This document shows, in pieces, positions 39,720 to 51,965 of a DNA stretch of 64,000 nt. Source of the DNA: Mustelus asterias (Eukaryota). The stretch is taken from assembly GCF_964213995.1 (NCBI RefSeq), contig NW_027590123.1, positions 744,001-808,000 on the forward strand, read 5' to 3'. A program made the translations under genes and the position numbers. How positions within the stretch are numbered: the stretch's first letter is position 1; each line of letters starts with the position of its first letter. The notes beneath the pieces were generated by a model. It saw only the letters and a program-made list of their open reading frames with translations, was not told where the DNA came from and searched no databases.

Positions 39720-40550
39720 GGACAATGGGAAAGAGCCGGGGAGAACAGGAGGCGTGGTAAAGGGCAGAGAGCTGGGGCGGGCGGGGGGGGGGGGGGGGGG
39801 CACAGAGTCTGGGGAAAGGGCCGAGAGCCGGGGGAAAGGGCAGAGAGCCAGGAGAAAGGGCAGAGAGCCAGGAGAAATGGGAAAGAGCGCCAATGGAAAG
39901 GGCAGGGAGCCAGGTGAAAGGGCAGAGAAACAGGAGAAAAGGCAGCGAGATGGAGGAAATGGCAGGGAGATCAGGGAAAGAGGAGAGAGCCAGGATAAAG
40001 GGCAGGGAGGCCGGGGAAAGGACAGAGAGCCGACGAAAAGTGCAAAAGAGCCCTGGGGAAAGGGCAGAGAGTCAGGGGGAAAAACAGAGAGTCAGGGGGG
40101 AAGGGCAGAGAGCCGGGGGAAAGGACAGAGAGCCAGGGGAAAGGGGAAAGAGAATAGTGAGCAGGGACAGAGGGCAGAGAGCCGGGGGAAAGGGTAGGGT
40201 GCTGAGGGAAAGGGCAGAGAGCCGGGGGAGAGGGCACAGAGCTGGAGGGAAGTGTCGAGAGCCAGGTGGAAGTGTAGAGAGCCGGGTGAAAGGGGAAAGG
40301 AGCCACAGGGAATGGCAGAGAGCCAGGGGAAAGGGGAAAGAGAATAGTGAGCAGGGACACCGGGCAGAGAGCCGGGGGAAAGGGTAGGGTGCTGAGGGAA
40401 AGGGCAGAGAGCCGGGGGAGAGGGCACAGAGCTGGAGGGAAGTGTCGAGAGCCAGGTGGAAGTGTAGAGAGCCAGGGGAAAGGAGCCACAGGGAATGGCA
40501 GAGAGCCAGGGGAAAGGGCAGAGAGCCAGGGAAAATGGGCAGAGAGTGGG
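39720..40550 (+). repeat. G-rich purine tandem repeat (about 20-nt GGGCAGAGAGCCGGGGGAAA unit) with a 190-bp higher-order duplication
   Basis: Repeated unit visible throughout; 40131ff recurs at 40321ff. Confidence 0.9.
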
Positions 40551-40866
40551 TGATCGACGGGCGGAGTGAGGAGGTGCAAAATAGAGCTAGCACCACAACC
40601 AGTTCATCTGCAATCTCAGTGAACTATGGAGGAGACTTCAGGGTCCGAATGGTCAACTCTTGCTATTAATGTACGACCCTTAAATTAGTCAATGTTGCAA
40701 TTATTTGAATTTGTAATCACATTTCCAGTTTCCTGGTCATTCAGTAAGTATTCATTCCGAAGGTATTTCTGAACGAAAGTCACTAATCTTCGTTTTGTGG
40801 AGTGAGAGTTGGAGAGAGGAAGGGGCTTCAGTCAGTTTGAACACAGGCAATATCCAAAAATTACAA

Positions 40867-40990
40867 TGTGGAGATGCCGGCGTTAGGTTGGGGTGGGCAC
40901 AGTAAGGAGTCTCACAACACCAGGTTAAAGTACAACAGGATTATTTGGAATTGCGAACTTTTGGAGCTCTTTCATCAGGTGAGTGGCTGA
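40867..40990 (-). mobile_element. Penelope-like terminal repeat with degenerate hammerhead core
   Basis: Reverse complement of the 47397-47521 element; CUGAUGA retained, GAAA mutated. Confidence 0.6.
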
Positions 40991-41517
40991 TATGAATGAA
41001 GAGACAACTTCTTCATCACAACGTGCTGTTGTTTGAGAAATAGGTAGTGCCTGAAATAATGGAGAAAGTCTTTACTCTTCTCTGTTAATCCAATGAATGG
41101 TATGTCATTACGATGACCTCAAAATGTTTTTGTCTTTCCAATCTGATAGAGGTGGTGACAGTGATGTGAGTTTCTACAAAAATGGCGATTCCCAACTGAT
41201 AGGAGTAACAGCAACTCAAAGGTGTGCGTAGGTTTTAATCGGGAAATATTAACTTAAGTTCATAATTCTAGTCAAATCGTGACGTTGAAACATAGAAAAT
41301 AGAAGCAGGAGGAGGCCATTCGGCCCTTTGACCCTGCTCCACCATTCACTTTGATCATGGCTCAATAATATCCTGACCCCGCCTACTACCCATATCCACT
41401 GATCCCTTTAGCCCCAAGAGCTATACCTAATATAGAAACATACTTGTATAAATATGTTTGATTAATTAATAAACGCAGGTAATAGTCTAACTTGTTTAAT
41501 CGACTATTCTTTCCCAG

Positions 41518-41817
41518 CGACACCGTCTCCGCCCACTCTCTACAGCCTCGTCTCTTCCTGTCAGCAACACAACTCCGCTGGCTCCATCACCTACGGCTGT
41601 TTGGCGATGGACTACTCTCCAGATGTCTCCAAACTGACCTGGAAGAAAAATGGGCAGCTGATCGACACTGGATTTAAGAATTATCCATCAGTGAGAAACG
41701 CAAAGGGAACCTACACCTTGAGCAGCCAGTTAACCATCACCCAGTCAGAGGGAGAGTGCAGCAAAATCAAGTGTGAGGTTCGACACAGCGACTCAGTCAA
41801 GAGCATTGGAATGCAAT
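41518..41817 (+). CDS. IGHM: IgM Cmu1 exon
   Basis: cccAG acceptor; (A)[14 protein letters not shown]...[11 protein letters not shown]...LTWKKNG...YTLSSQLTI...KCEVRH; donor T|GTAAGT. Confidence 0.95.
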
Positions 41818-42788
41818 GTAAGTGTTGTGGAACCTGGGCAAGACAGGAACGCTCTGATTGAACTGTATAAGGCTTTAGTTATAACTGATATGTAGCACTC
41901 TGAAAAATTGAATTATGCAAAATCCAGGTAAGTGCCTACTGACTGAAAAGTTGCTCAGAACCAAAGAACAACAGAAATGTTACTGTGCAGAATGAGGCCA
42001 TTTAGCCCATCATGTCTGTGCTGGCCAAAAGGGAGAACAAATAAACTAGCCTGACAAAGTAAGCCTATTTTCCAGCCCTTGCGCCGTAGCCGTGCAGGTT
42101 AAAGCACTTGAGATGCAGAACCAGATGCCTTTTAAATGACCATGCTCCCTGGTAATTGAGCCCTCCACTTGGGGAATGAATTATTTCTGCCTACGTCCCT
42201 TATTATTTTGTGAACCACAATTATGTCACGCCTCAGCCTCCTCTTTTCCTAAAGAGAACAAACCCTGCCTATCCAATCTCGCCTCATGGCGGGAATTTTC
42301 AGTCCCTGGCAACATTCTTGTAAACCTCATCTCTCTCCAGAGTCATTACGTTATTCCTGCAACGTGGTGACCAGAACTGTACAGCAAACTCCAAACGTGG
42401 CCTAACTCGGTTTTAAGCAGCTCCATCATTGTATCACTGTTTTTGCATTCAATATCTCACATAATAGAGGAACTAATCCGATATGCTTTCTTGATCAACT
42501 TTTCCAGCTGCCCTACCATCTACCAGGACCTGTGGACGTGCTCTCTAAGGTCTTGCATTTCCTCAATCCCTTTTAACATTCCAGTTTATTGCCTTGCTTT
42601 GTTTTCCCTCCCCAAATGCATTGTGTGGCACTTTTGACGGTTGAATTCCATTCGCCATTTCCCTGCCAATTCAACCAAACCATGGATATAATTCTCAAAT
42701 CGGCAGCTATGGTGCTAAAATAAAATAACTAAATTTAATTGATGTCAATTGAATCTTCAAGTAACGTCTGAACATTTGTTTGTTGAAG

Positions 42789-43100
42789 GCCCACTCCGTC
42801 TGCCCCCAACCGTTATCCTCACCGTGAGTTCCAGTGAAGAAATCACCAGCAGAAAATTTGCAACCATCGTCTGTTCAATCATCGATTTCCAGCCAAAGTC
42901 AATGACGGTGAAGTGGCTGAAGAATGGACAACCCATGGATTCAGGAATTGTCACCTCTCCCGCCTGTGAAGTGAACGGGAACTTCTCGGCCAGCAGTCGG
43001 CTGACAGTCTCCGCTCAGGAATGGTTCAGCAAAGTAGTCTATACCTGCCAGGTCACTCATCAAGGATTCACCCAGAGTCAGAACATCAGCGGATCTCTGG
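42789..43100 (+). CDS. IGHM: IgM Cmu2 exon
   Basis: [36 protein letters not shown]...WLKNG...YTCQVTH; donor G|GTAAG. Confidence 0.95.
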
Positions 43101-44020
43101 GTAAGAGACTCAAACCGACGATAAAATATACCATTCCGCTGTTAATCGGAATTAGGGGTCTATTAAAGTTAGTACAAAGATAGAACAACTTCTAATTTGC
43201 TGTCATGTCGTTTGCTGCATTAGGACAGTGCCCCATTCAGAATTTCATCACAACAGCAATTTTTGTTATTCCTTCATGAGATGTGCATTTATTTCCCATC
43301 CCTCAGGGCACTTAAGTGTCAACCACATTGCTGTGGATCTGGAGTCACATGCATGCCAGGCCAGATAAAGACAGCAGATTTACTTTTCTAAAGGGCATTC
43401 GTGAACCAGGTGGGTTTTTACAACAATGGCTTCATGATGATCATTTGACTTTTAATGATAGATTTTTACTAAATTCAAATTTCACCATTTGCAGTGGTGA
43501 GATTCGAATCTGTATCCCCAGAGTCGTGCCCTGGGTTACAAGACCATTGGTAACACCACCATGCCACTGTCTCCCCTTGAAGTAGTGTTCCCTTCAATTT
43601 TGAAGTAACATAGTAAGCGAGGTGGTCTTGATGTCAGGTTTTTCCTGAGACAGCTGGTAAGATTTGGAGAGACAGTCGGTGTCGGACTGTTTCACAGGTC
43701 GCAGCATAGGGGTAAAATATTGGGAAGTGCATCCACCCTACTTATAAACTAACTGCCAGTACTTGGTTCCTGAGTTCAGGAATGGTATATTTGTTGGGGA
43801 ATACTGCAATGTTGATTCATGAGAATGATACCGCTGCTAAAATACTTGAACAAAAAGAGAATAATTTCACTTGGCAGGCTGGTTTTCCATCCTCCAGAGA
43901 GGTTGAAAGGTGATAGTTAGAGGTTGATATATCGAAGGCAACTTCGTCTCCTTCAGGCTGAAGACTGCTGTCTTGCTTCTGAAGAGGGAACTAGGGTTGA
44001 TTTTCATTTGTCATTCACAG

Positions 44021-44329
44021 ATCCTCCCCAGTGCCCTGATACCACAGTGACCATACAGCCACCACCAATAGAACAGGTCTTACTGGAGGCAACAGTGACC
44101 TTAACCTGCATCATTTCTAATGCTCCCTATGGAGTCAACGTGTCCTGGATCCGAGACAGGAAGTATTTGAAATCAGAGATTGCCGAAAAGCCAGGAGCGG
44201 ATCCTGACAGCGTGGTCAGCAACTTAAACATCTCGACACAAGCCTGGCTGAGTGCGGCTGTGTTTGACTGCGTGGTGAGCCATCAGGATCTGCCGACTCC
44301 TTTAAGAAAATCCATCCACAAGGAAACAG
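44021..44329 (+). CDS. IGHM: IgM Cmu3 exon
   Basis: cacAG acceptor; [30 protein letters not shown]...VSW...[13 protein letters not shown]; donor G|GTGAG. Confidence 0.95.
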
Positions 44330-44831
44330 GTGAGCTGAGAGATTGAAGCAATAAATGCGTCACTATATCTATTTCCAGTGTAAGTGTACTGGTCAATATT
44401 CAGTATTCAGTGCATTAATGGTGTCCCCTGAGTGGAAACTCTACTAACTAAAAACTGGGGGTTGTAGATATTTTTACGGGGAAATTTGATGTGTTGATGA
44501 ATGAAAAGTGAACTGAAGGCGATGTTATTGGGTTTAGATCGAATAACGAAGGAGGAGCCTGATGTGGAGCATAAAAACCAGAAAACCAAAAATAAAGCCG
44601 ATCAGTTGGGCCTGAATAGCCTGATTCTGTGCTGTAAAATTTCTGAAACTTCCCAGTCCAGCCACCTGAGTTATTTGAGAAAATAATTGTGTTCACCTCT
44701 GCTCCAAACTGGAAGTCAAAAATGGAAACATTGAAAATCGAAACGAAGCACATTTTTCTGATATCGAGCCAGCAGTTTTATTGTCTCCAGAATTCTCCAG
44801 TTTATTGACATTTATTGTACATTTTCTGCAG

Positions 44832-45223
44832 ATCCAAATCCGCGGGAACCGTTCGTCTCTGTCCTCTTGCCCTCGGCAGAAGAAGTCTCCGCTCAGAGAT
44901 TCGTCTCCCTCAGCTGCTTAGTGAGACGTTTCTCCCCTCGAGAGATCTTCGTCAAGTGGACCGTCAACGACAAGCCGGTGAATCCTGGGAACTACAGGAA
45001 CACCGAGGTGGTGGCGGAGAGCGGGAATAGTTCCTTCTTCATGTACAGCCTGTTATCCATTGCAGCAGAGGAATGGTCCAGCGGCGCTTCTTACTCCTGT
45101 GTGGTGGGACATGAAGCCATCCCCTTGAAGATCATCAACAGAACAGTTGACAAATCCAGCGGTAAACCCAGTTTTGTGAACATTTCCCTTGCACTGATGG
45201 ACACCGTTAATTCATGTCAATGA
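44832..45223 (+). CDS. IGHM: IgM Cmu4 exon plus secretory tailpiece (internal membrane-form donor at 45161/45162)
   Basis: [18 protein letters not shown]...LSCLV...[11 protein letters not shown]...DKSSG|[19 protein letters not shown]. Tailpiece has an N-glycosylation site (NIS) and penultimate Cys. Confidence 0.96.
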
Positions 45224-45250
45224 GAATCACTCGGTTACATTAAAAACTTC

Positions 45251-45265
45251 AATAAAAAGAATAAA
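45251..45265 (+). terminator. Secretory-form polyadenylation signals (two AATAAA)
   Basis: AATAAA at 45251 and 45260, about 30 nt after the stop codon. Confidence 0.8.
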
Positions 45266-46319
45266 ATCTTTTTCCTCCAACGATAAATGAAATACCCAAT
45301 TGCTTAATTGATTGGTTTTCAAAGTTACTTCCACCATGTATCTTTGGTTTGGTTTGAGTCAGGTATTTTCACGTCTCGGGCCCAAGCCTTGTTGAACCAG
45401 TGCACCCAGCTCAGATACACCCTGGGTTAGAGACAGAGCACATTCATTACAGTATTCAGCAACATATCTTCACCGACTTTCCTCCCACTGAGGAGAAATC
45501 TGACAATTTCAACATTTCTGACAAACAAACACAATGTAGATCTCGGTGTTCCTGCTTCTCTCATTGTCCATGCCTTTACCATTGATGTCATATTTAAGCT
45601 GCTGCACCACACCCACTGGGAACTGGAGTGAGGGTCACACAGAAACATGGAGCAACAATCCCATCAGAGAGAGGGGAGAGTGAAATTGTTAACATACCAG
45701 ATTCCTACTCACCCAACAAAGAGAGGGGAGAGCCGTAGCTAACCCATGTACCATCACTTCCTCAATGAAACGAGGAGGAATGTCATTATTTAATCCACTC
45801 ACCTCCACCTCGTCACTGGTTAGTACCATCAGGCACATTGCTTCACCGGGTAGAGAGAGGGAAATTATGAGCTCACTCTCCTCCCTCTTCGCAAGTAACG
45901 TGTTTGGACGGGACCATCTCTCGACTAGAAGAACCCAGTTGCCAACAGTACAAATTAGCTTCTGGTTTATTTGCTGCAGAGTTTGAAGTATCATTATCTT
46001 AATCAATGTGATGCATATATACTTATGCAACATAATTTTAAAATGTTTCTGCACTCTTGTTCCTGTTAGTCATGTCCTGGCATTGATTTCCCACAATGCA
46101 AATTGAAACAAATGATTGAATCCTCCCCGGTTTTTACTGTTCTGTCCCTGATGTTTCTGAGATGCATCAATGAATGATTTCATTCGTTCTCCTGATATCA
46201 CCGTGCCACTCACATAAACTACATTCATACAGCAAAACATTGAAAATATGCTCCATTATTCGTATTGTTTGGATCATTTTCAGTTAATGATTGCGGTGAA
46301 ACTTGGAGCAACAGCTAAA

Positions 46320-46766
46320 AAATACACACACCGACAATACTCCACAAAACTGTCACAATTATAAATACACACATAAGCGCACACACACACACACACTCAC
46401 ACTCACACACATACACACACACACACACATCGACACAAATGCACAACTACACACACAAATACACATACTCACACATATGCACACAAATACAGAAAGACAC
46501 ATACATATACAGAAATAGGGACAGGCACATTCAAATACAGACACAGAAACACACAAATACACAACAGATACACTTTCACACACCATAGGTACACTCAATA
46601 CTTGCACAGACGAACACACGTGCAGAGAAACAAGAATGCACACACAAATGCACTCATGGGCAAAACATGCACAAACAGAAATACACACTTACACAAATAC
46701 ACCCACACAAAAATACACCCATACACAAACACATCCGTACACAAATATACATAGGGACACACCCAT

Positions 46767-46800
<34 letters not shown>

Positions 46801-47380
46801 GCATACACACGCACACATACACACACACACACATACGAACACATGGACACGCGCCCTTGTACAAACAGACACTAAAACAACAACATACACACACATAATC
46901 AAATATGTACAAACGCACACATGTACACATGAAACACACAAGTACATACACATACACATACGTGAGTAGGTACAGACCCAAACACAAACACATACATGCA
47001 TAGACACAATACAGACAGATACACACGCATGCAGACCCACATAAATACACAAGCACATCCTTAGACTCAAATAAATACATATATTAGCACACGTTCACGC
47101 TGATAGGAATATAGATATAAAGACACACAATGTTATACACATTCACAAACATATATGGAAATACATGTAAACAAATCACCAGACTGCATATAGAAGAACA
47201 GACAGCAAAACATTTACACACAAACATGTAGACGCAAACATTAACATGCTCATAGAACAGAACACCATAGCACACATTACTACACATCGAAACACAAATA
47301 TACATCAACGCACCGTTATAAAGAATGTCAACACGTGTAATACATACACTGACATGTTAACAGGCGTGCACACAGACGCA
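46320..47380 (+). repeat. (CA)n-rich low-complexity tract in the Cmu4-TM1 intron
   Basis: Degenerate ACAC arrays. Confidence 0.85.
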
Positions 47381-47396
47381 CACAGAAAGGGAAACA

Positions 47397-47521
47397 GTAA
47401 GTAGTCACCTGATGAAGGGACAACGCTCCGAAAGCTCGTGCAACCAAATAAACCTGTTGGACTTTAACCTGGTGTTGTGAGACTACTTACTGTGCCGACC
47501 CCAGTCCAACGCCGACAACTC
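47397..47521 (+). mobile_element. Penelope-like terminal repeat with minimal type I hammerhead (47406-47440) and 16-bp TSD
   Basis: CAC-CUGAUGA-stemII-GAAA-GC-UC-GUG; TSD CACAGAAAGGGAAACA at 47381-47396 and 47522-47537. Confidence 0.7.
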
Positions 47522-48396
47522 CACAGAAAGGGAAACAAACATTATTAGAGTGACAGAAATTAACACAGAGCAATAGGCATAAACACATGTGCACGCATTA
47601 AGAGTGGCATTAATATATATTCATAGACTTCACACAATAATAGAGTCATATATACACAATGACAAAAGAATAAAATATGCGCACAGATGCAGACACACAA
47701 CTACACAAATCAACAATCACTGGCAAATGAACGCGTACATTAACACTCATAAACACATATTAACTCAGAGCCAAAGATTAATGCAGAGCACGAGATGCTC
47801 ATGCACACGCACACAAATGCAAAATCTTCAATACAAACGGTAGGCAAATGATGAAAGTAAAATTTAAACGTGACTTTTTAATGGAGATATCCACAGATTT
47901 ATTATCCCAATGTACAATGAACAGATAAACACGCTGAGAAACTGAATTAAGCTCACGATCTACTAAACATTTCCACCATAAAGAAGCACAGATCGGAAAT
48001 TACATCCCAACTCTTAAACAACAACATTCACAGTTTACAGATCAGTAACCATCTGTGAAAACAATCATTGATCAGTGAACGTTCCTCGATATCAGTCATA
48101 ATATTCTTCAATAAGGGATAGTTCCGAATTGTTAAAAAATCAACTGATTTTCAAGAAAACATCTTCAGTGCTTTCTGACATGGACTGTCTAAGGAATGTC
48201 AATAAAGATCAGGTGTGAAAATAGTTACGGAAATAGGTTACTGAGTGTCCTGAGCTTAAGAGTCGGTATACATTGAAAATTAAGTTCAAGAATAAATGAA
48301 CAGTTTGAAAAGGAGAACGGGGAAAATAAAGATAACAATAAGATTACCTGGATAAATAAAGTAATCTAATTTCATATCCTGGTCTCCGTCCCCTAG

Positions 48397-48524
48397 ACTC
48401 CACCGACCGCATCTGGATTGAAGACAATGATGATGATAACAGTAACATCTGGACAACGGCTTCCACATTCATTGTCCTGTTCTTCCTGAGCATTTTCTAC
48501 AGCACTGCGGTCACTCTGGTGAAG
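48397..48524 (+). CDS. IGHM: IgM transmembrane exon TM1
   Basis: cctAG acceptor; DSTDRIWIEDNDDDNSNIWTTASTFIVLFFLSIFYSTAVTLVK (CART motif); donor GTGAGA. Confidence 0.96.
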
Positions 48525-48664
48525 GTGAGATGATTGAATGCACTCACATATCAAACTGACAGAATGGATTTGAAAAATCTCTCAATGTTCCACTGATTAA
48601 AAACTTTAACTTTAATGTCCTGCATCATAAACATCTGCTTCATTATTGTATCTTTCTTTTACAG

Positions 48665-48673
48665 ATCAAGTGA
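48665..48673 (+). CDS. IGHM: IgM TM2 coding part (IK-stop)
   Basis: Polypyrimidine tract plus acAG|ATC AAG TGA. Candidate AATAAA at 49126-49131. Confidence 0.88.
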   Translation: MK

Positions 48674-50702
48674 TGGGTTGAATTTTGGATGCTGCAGATT
48701 TCCCTCAGCTGATTATTATGATCTCCGTATGACACAAATACAATATCTGCTCTTGGTGACTCTATCAGTAAAATTCTCTCAGTTTATCATTCTGAATCTG
48801 TAACTGAGACAATCATAGACGGTATTTCAGTTTTCAGAGTGAAAAGTACGAGGCATTTTTTGTTATAATGTAATTGTGGTTAATAGTTTCCCCATAGTTT
48901 AAATATCATGTATAAATAAGAAACTTTTCTCATTCCTTATCCATATTTGTTAATTCCTCTTTCTATTCAGGTCCTGTTTTCTCTTTCTGGTGTATGTAAC
49001 AGATGTACAAATATTGACGGATTCCCTGTGCATGTGTTGTGTTCTCAATGTGAAGCTCGATCGTTAAATTCACTTTTCTAACTTTAAAAAATAATGTCGC
49101 TGTAATATATTCTCTGAATTTTTAAAATAAATATTGAATGAAAATTTAACCATCTCTGGCTTGGCTTAATTCCGTTTTCCAAAGCCCATCAACTCCGCCC
49201 CATATTCCATATTATACGGTTTCCCCTCTTTCCCAGACATGTCTGTTCCCCAGTCCTGTGCGGGATGTGTTTGAACTCAAGGCCGTTCAGTGAGAGTCAC
49301 TGCGCCACCCAGTGGCCAATCCGTATAAAGACACCTTCATCTCTGCCTTTTTATGATAAAATCCAGAGACAGAGCGAGTGAAGAATGAGAAGAACCTCGG
49401 TGATTTCACTCATAAACTGGTCTGTCACTGACCGAGTTTCAGGTAATTCTAAAAAGCAAAGGCTCTGTTTCATCAGAGGCCGATGCAGGACAGTGTGTGG
49501 CAGAAGATAGTTTCCTTTACACTGCCCCTTAAAAAAACTATCAGTGTCGCTGCAGCGTGGGTTAACAGTGTGAATCTCTCTATATTTCGTCCGATGAAAT
49601 ACTTACAAGGCAGACATGCTACAAGCTAGATAGAGAACACATACAGAGCAGAGGTGCAAACCATGAGGTGAAACCAAGAGACTGAGGTGCATTTCACATA
49701 AGCACATAATAGATTACAAATTTCCAAATTAAGGCGAGTGCTATGGGATAATTTGAGATGACCAATACTGTATTTAACTACAGACGATATAAAACTCACG
49801 TGGCAGATATCTCTGTGTAAGGACGGAACATTTATTTAAAACAAAAACAGAACTATCAGCTGCTTGGAGATGACCAAAAGGGCTAAATAGCTCTGGAACC
49901 GAGCGGCAGGATCTTTCCGATGCATCTAACGTGTACCATCAATAACAGATCAATTATAGATTTTCGTACCGATCGTTCCGACCTCATATTAGTTTAAGAA
50001 TCAATTACGTTCAGTAAACATACATCAATAATAATTCCTGACAAGTTGCTCAGCCAATCGCATTTTACAATACAGCATAATGATATCTCCTTCATCCATT
50101 TAAATCGGAGGCTGACTCATCTGTAATCAGTATCTGGGAGAATCAGGAAGGTGAGATAGAGTCATAGAGTCACAGAGGTATAAGCATGCAAACAGGCCCT
50201 TCGGCCCAACATGTCCATGCCGCCCTTTTTAACGACATACAGAGATACCTGCCTCATGAGTTTTACATTAAATTAAAACATAATTGGCCATCTCAAATTA
50301 CCCCACAACAGAGCAGGTGAGGATAACCGATGATCCAAAGGGAAACTTACTGAGATGCTGCTTTCCAACAGGAAGTGGATCCTGAAACTGTCGGAACATC
50401 TACTGGAGTTCAGGAAAGATACCTGCGCTGCAATGAATGTGATAATCCTGACAGCCTTAGGATGGAGTCAATCTTTATTTGGTGTAGATTTATTCACAGA
50501 GTGAAACATTACAGGTGTATACCTCCTAACTCCAGGCACCGTCACTAACTGTCCCTTTATAGATCCAATCAATAACCTCCATGTAGTTCACCTTAATCGA
50601 TACAATTAACACCCACAGTCAGAGCATCAAGAAAAGCTCCAATCAGTGTGACTGCCCGAGTGTCCCAGCAGCTCCGATGACCAAGTGACTCCCATCCACA
50701 CA

Positions 50703-51308
50703 TTAGCTTTTATTAACAGGGGTTGGAGTTTAAGAGCCGTGGGGTTATGCTGCAACTGTACAGGACCTTGGTGAGACCACATTTGGAATATTGTGTGCAG
50801 TTCTGGTCACCTCACTATAAGAAGGATGTGGAAGCGCTGGAAAGAGTGCAGAGGAAATTTACCAGGATGCTGCCTGGTTTGGAGGGTAGGTCTTATGAGG
50901 AAAGGTTGAGGGAGCTAGGGCTGTTCTCTCTGGAGCGGAGGAGGCTGAGGGGAGACTTAATAGAGGTTTATAAAATGATGAAGGGGATAGATAGAGTGAA
51001 CGTTCAAAGACTATTTCCTCGGGTGGATGGAGCTATTACAAGGGGGCATAACTATAGGGTTCGTGGTGGGAGATACAGGAAGGATATCAGAGGTAGGTTC
51101 TTTACGCAGAGAGTGGTTGGGGTGTGGAATGGACTGCCTGCAGTGATAGTGGAGTCAGACACTTTAGGAACATTTAAGCGGTTATTGGATAGGCACATGG
51201 AGCACACCAGGATGATAGGGAGTGGGATAGCTTGATCTTGGTTTCGGATAAAGCTCGGCACAACATCGTCGGCCGAAAGGCCTGTTCTGTGCTGTAGTGT
51301 TCTATATG
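50703..51308 (+). mobile_element. CR1 LINE 3' fragment (same subfamily as 20230-24052)
   Basis: ORF 50723-51235 is nearly identical to the C-terminus of ORF2 at 20953-23970. Confidence 0.92.
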
Positions 51309-51311
51309 TTC

Positions 51312-51965
51312 ACACACAGGGTGGGTGAAAGGCCTCTCCCCAGTGTGAACTCGCCAATGGCTCAGTCGCTTGGATGATGTTCGAAACCTCCTTGTGCAGT
51401 GAGAGCAGCAGAACGGTCTCTCCCCAGTATGAATGCACTGGTGGATCTTCAGGTCGGCAGAGTTTCTGAAACAACTCCCACAATCAGAGCATTTAAAGGT
51501 TTTCTCATTGGTGGGGAGTGCACTGGTGTCTCAGCAGATTGGATAACTGAGTGAATCCCTTCCTACACTCAGAGTAGGGGAATGGCCTCTCTCCAGTGTG
51601 AATGCGCTGGTGTATCAGCAGGGTTGATGAGTCATTGAGTCCCTTCCCACACTCAGAACAAGTGAACGGTTTCTCCCCAGTGTGAACTTGCTGGTATATC
51701 AGCAGAATGGAGGAATTACTGAATCTCTTCCCCCATACAGAGCAGGTGAATGGCCTCTCCCTAGTGTGAACTCGCTGGTGTCGCTGCAGAGTGGATGAAT
51801 CAATGAATCCCTTCCCACACACAGATTAGATGAACAGCTTCTTTCTGCTGTGCCTGGGTCGATTGGTTTCCAGTTCACAGGGGGCATGGAATCCTTTCCT
51901 ACAATCCCCACATTTCCATCATATCTTCAGGGTATGGACGGCCTTGTAACTCTCCAGGTTTGACG
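51312..51965 (-). pseudogene. Degenerate C2H2 zinc-finger gene
   Basis: HTGERPF linkers and CxxC/HxxxH fingers with frameshifts and a Cys-to-Trp loss; flanked by CR1 fragments. Confidence 0.8.

Noticed and set aside
36614-40669. Long His/Thr/Ser- and Gly/Arg/Glu-rich ORFs
   Set aside because: Translations of CA/CACT and G-rich simple repeats inside the J-C intron.
46303-47308. Cys/Val- and His/Thr-rich ORFs
   Set aside because: (CA)n low-complexity artefacts.
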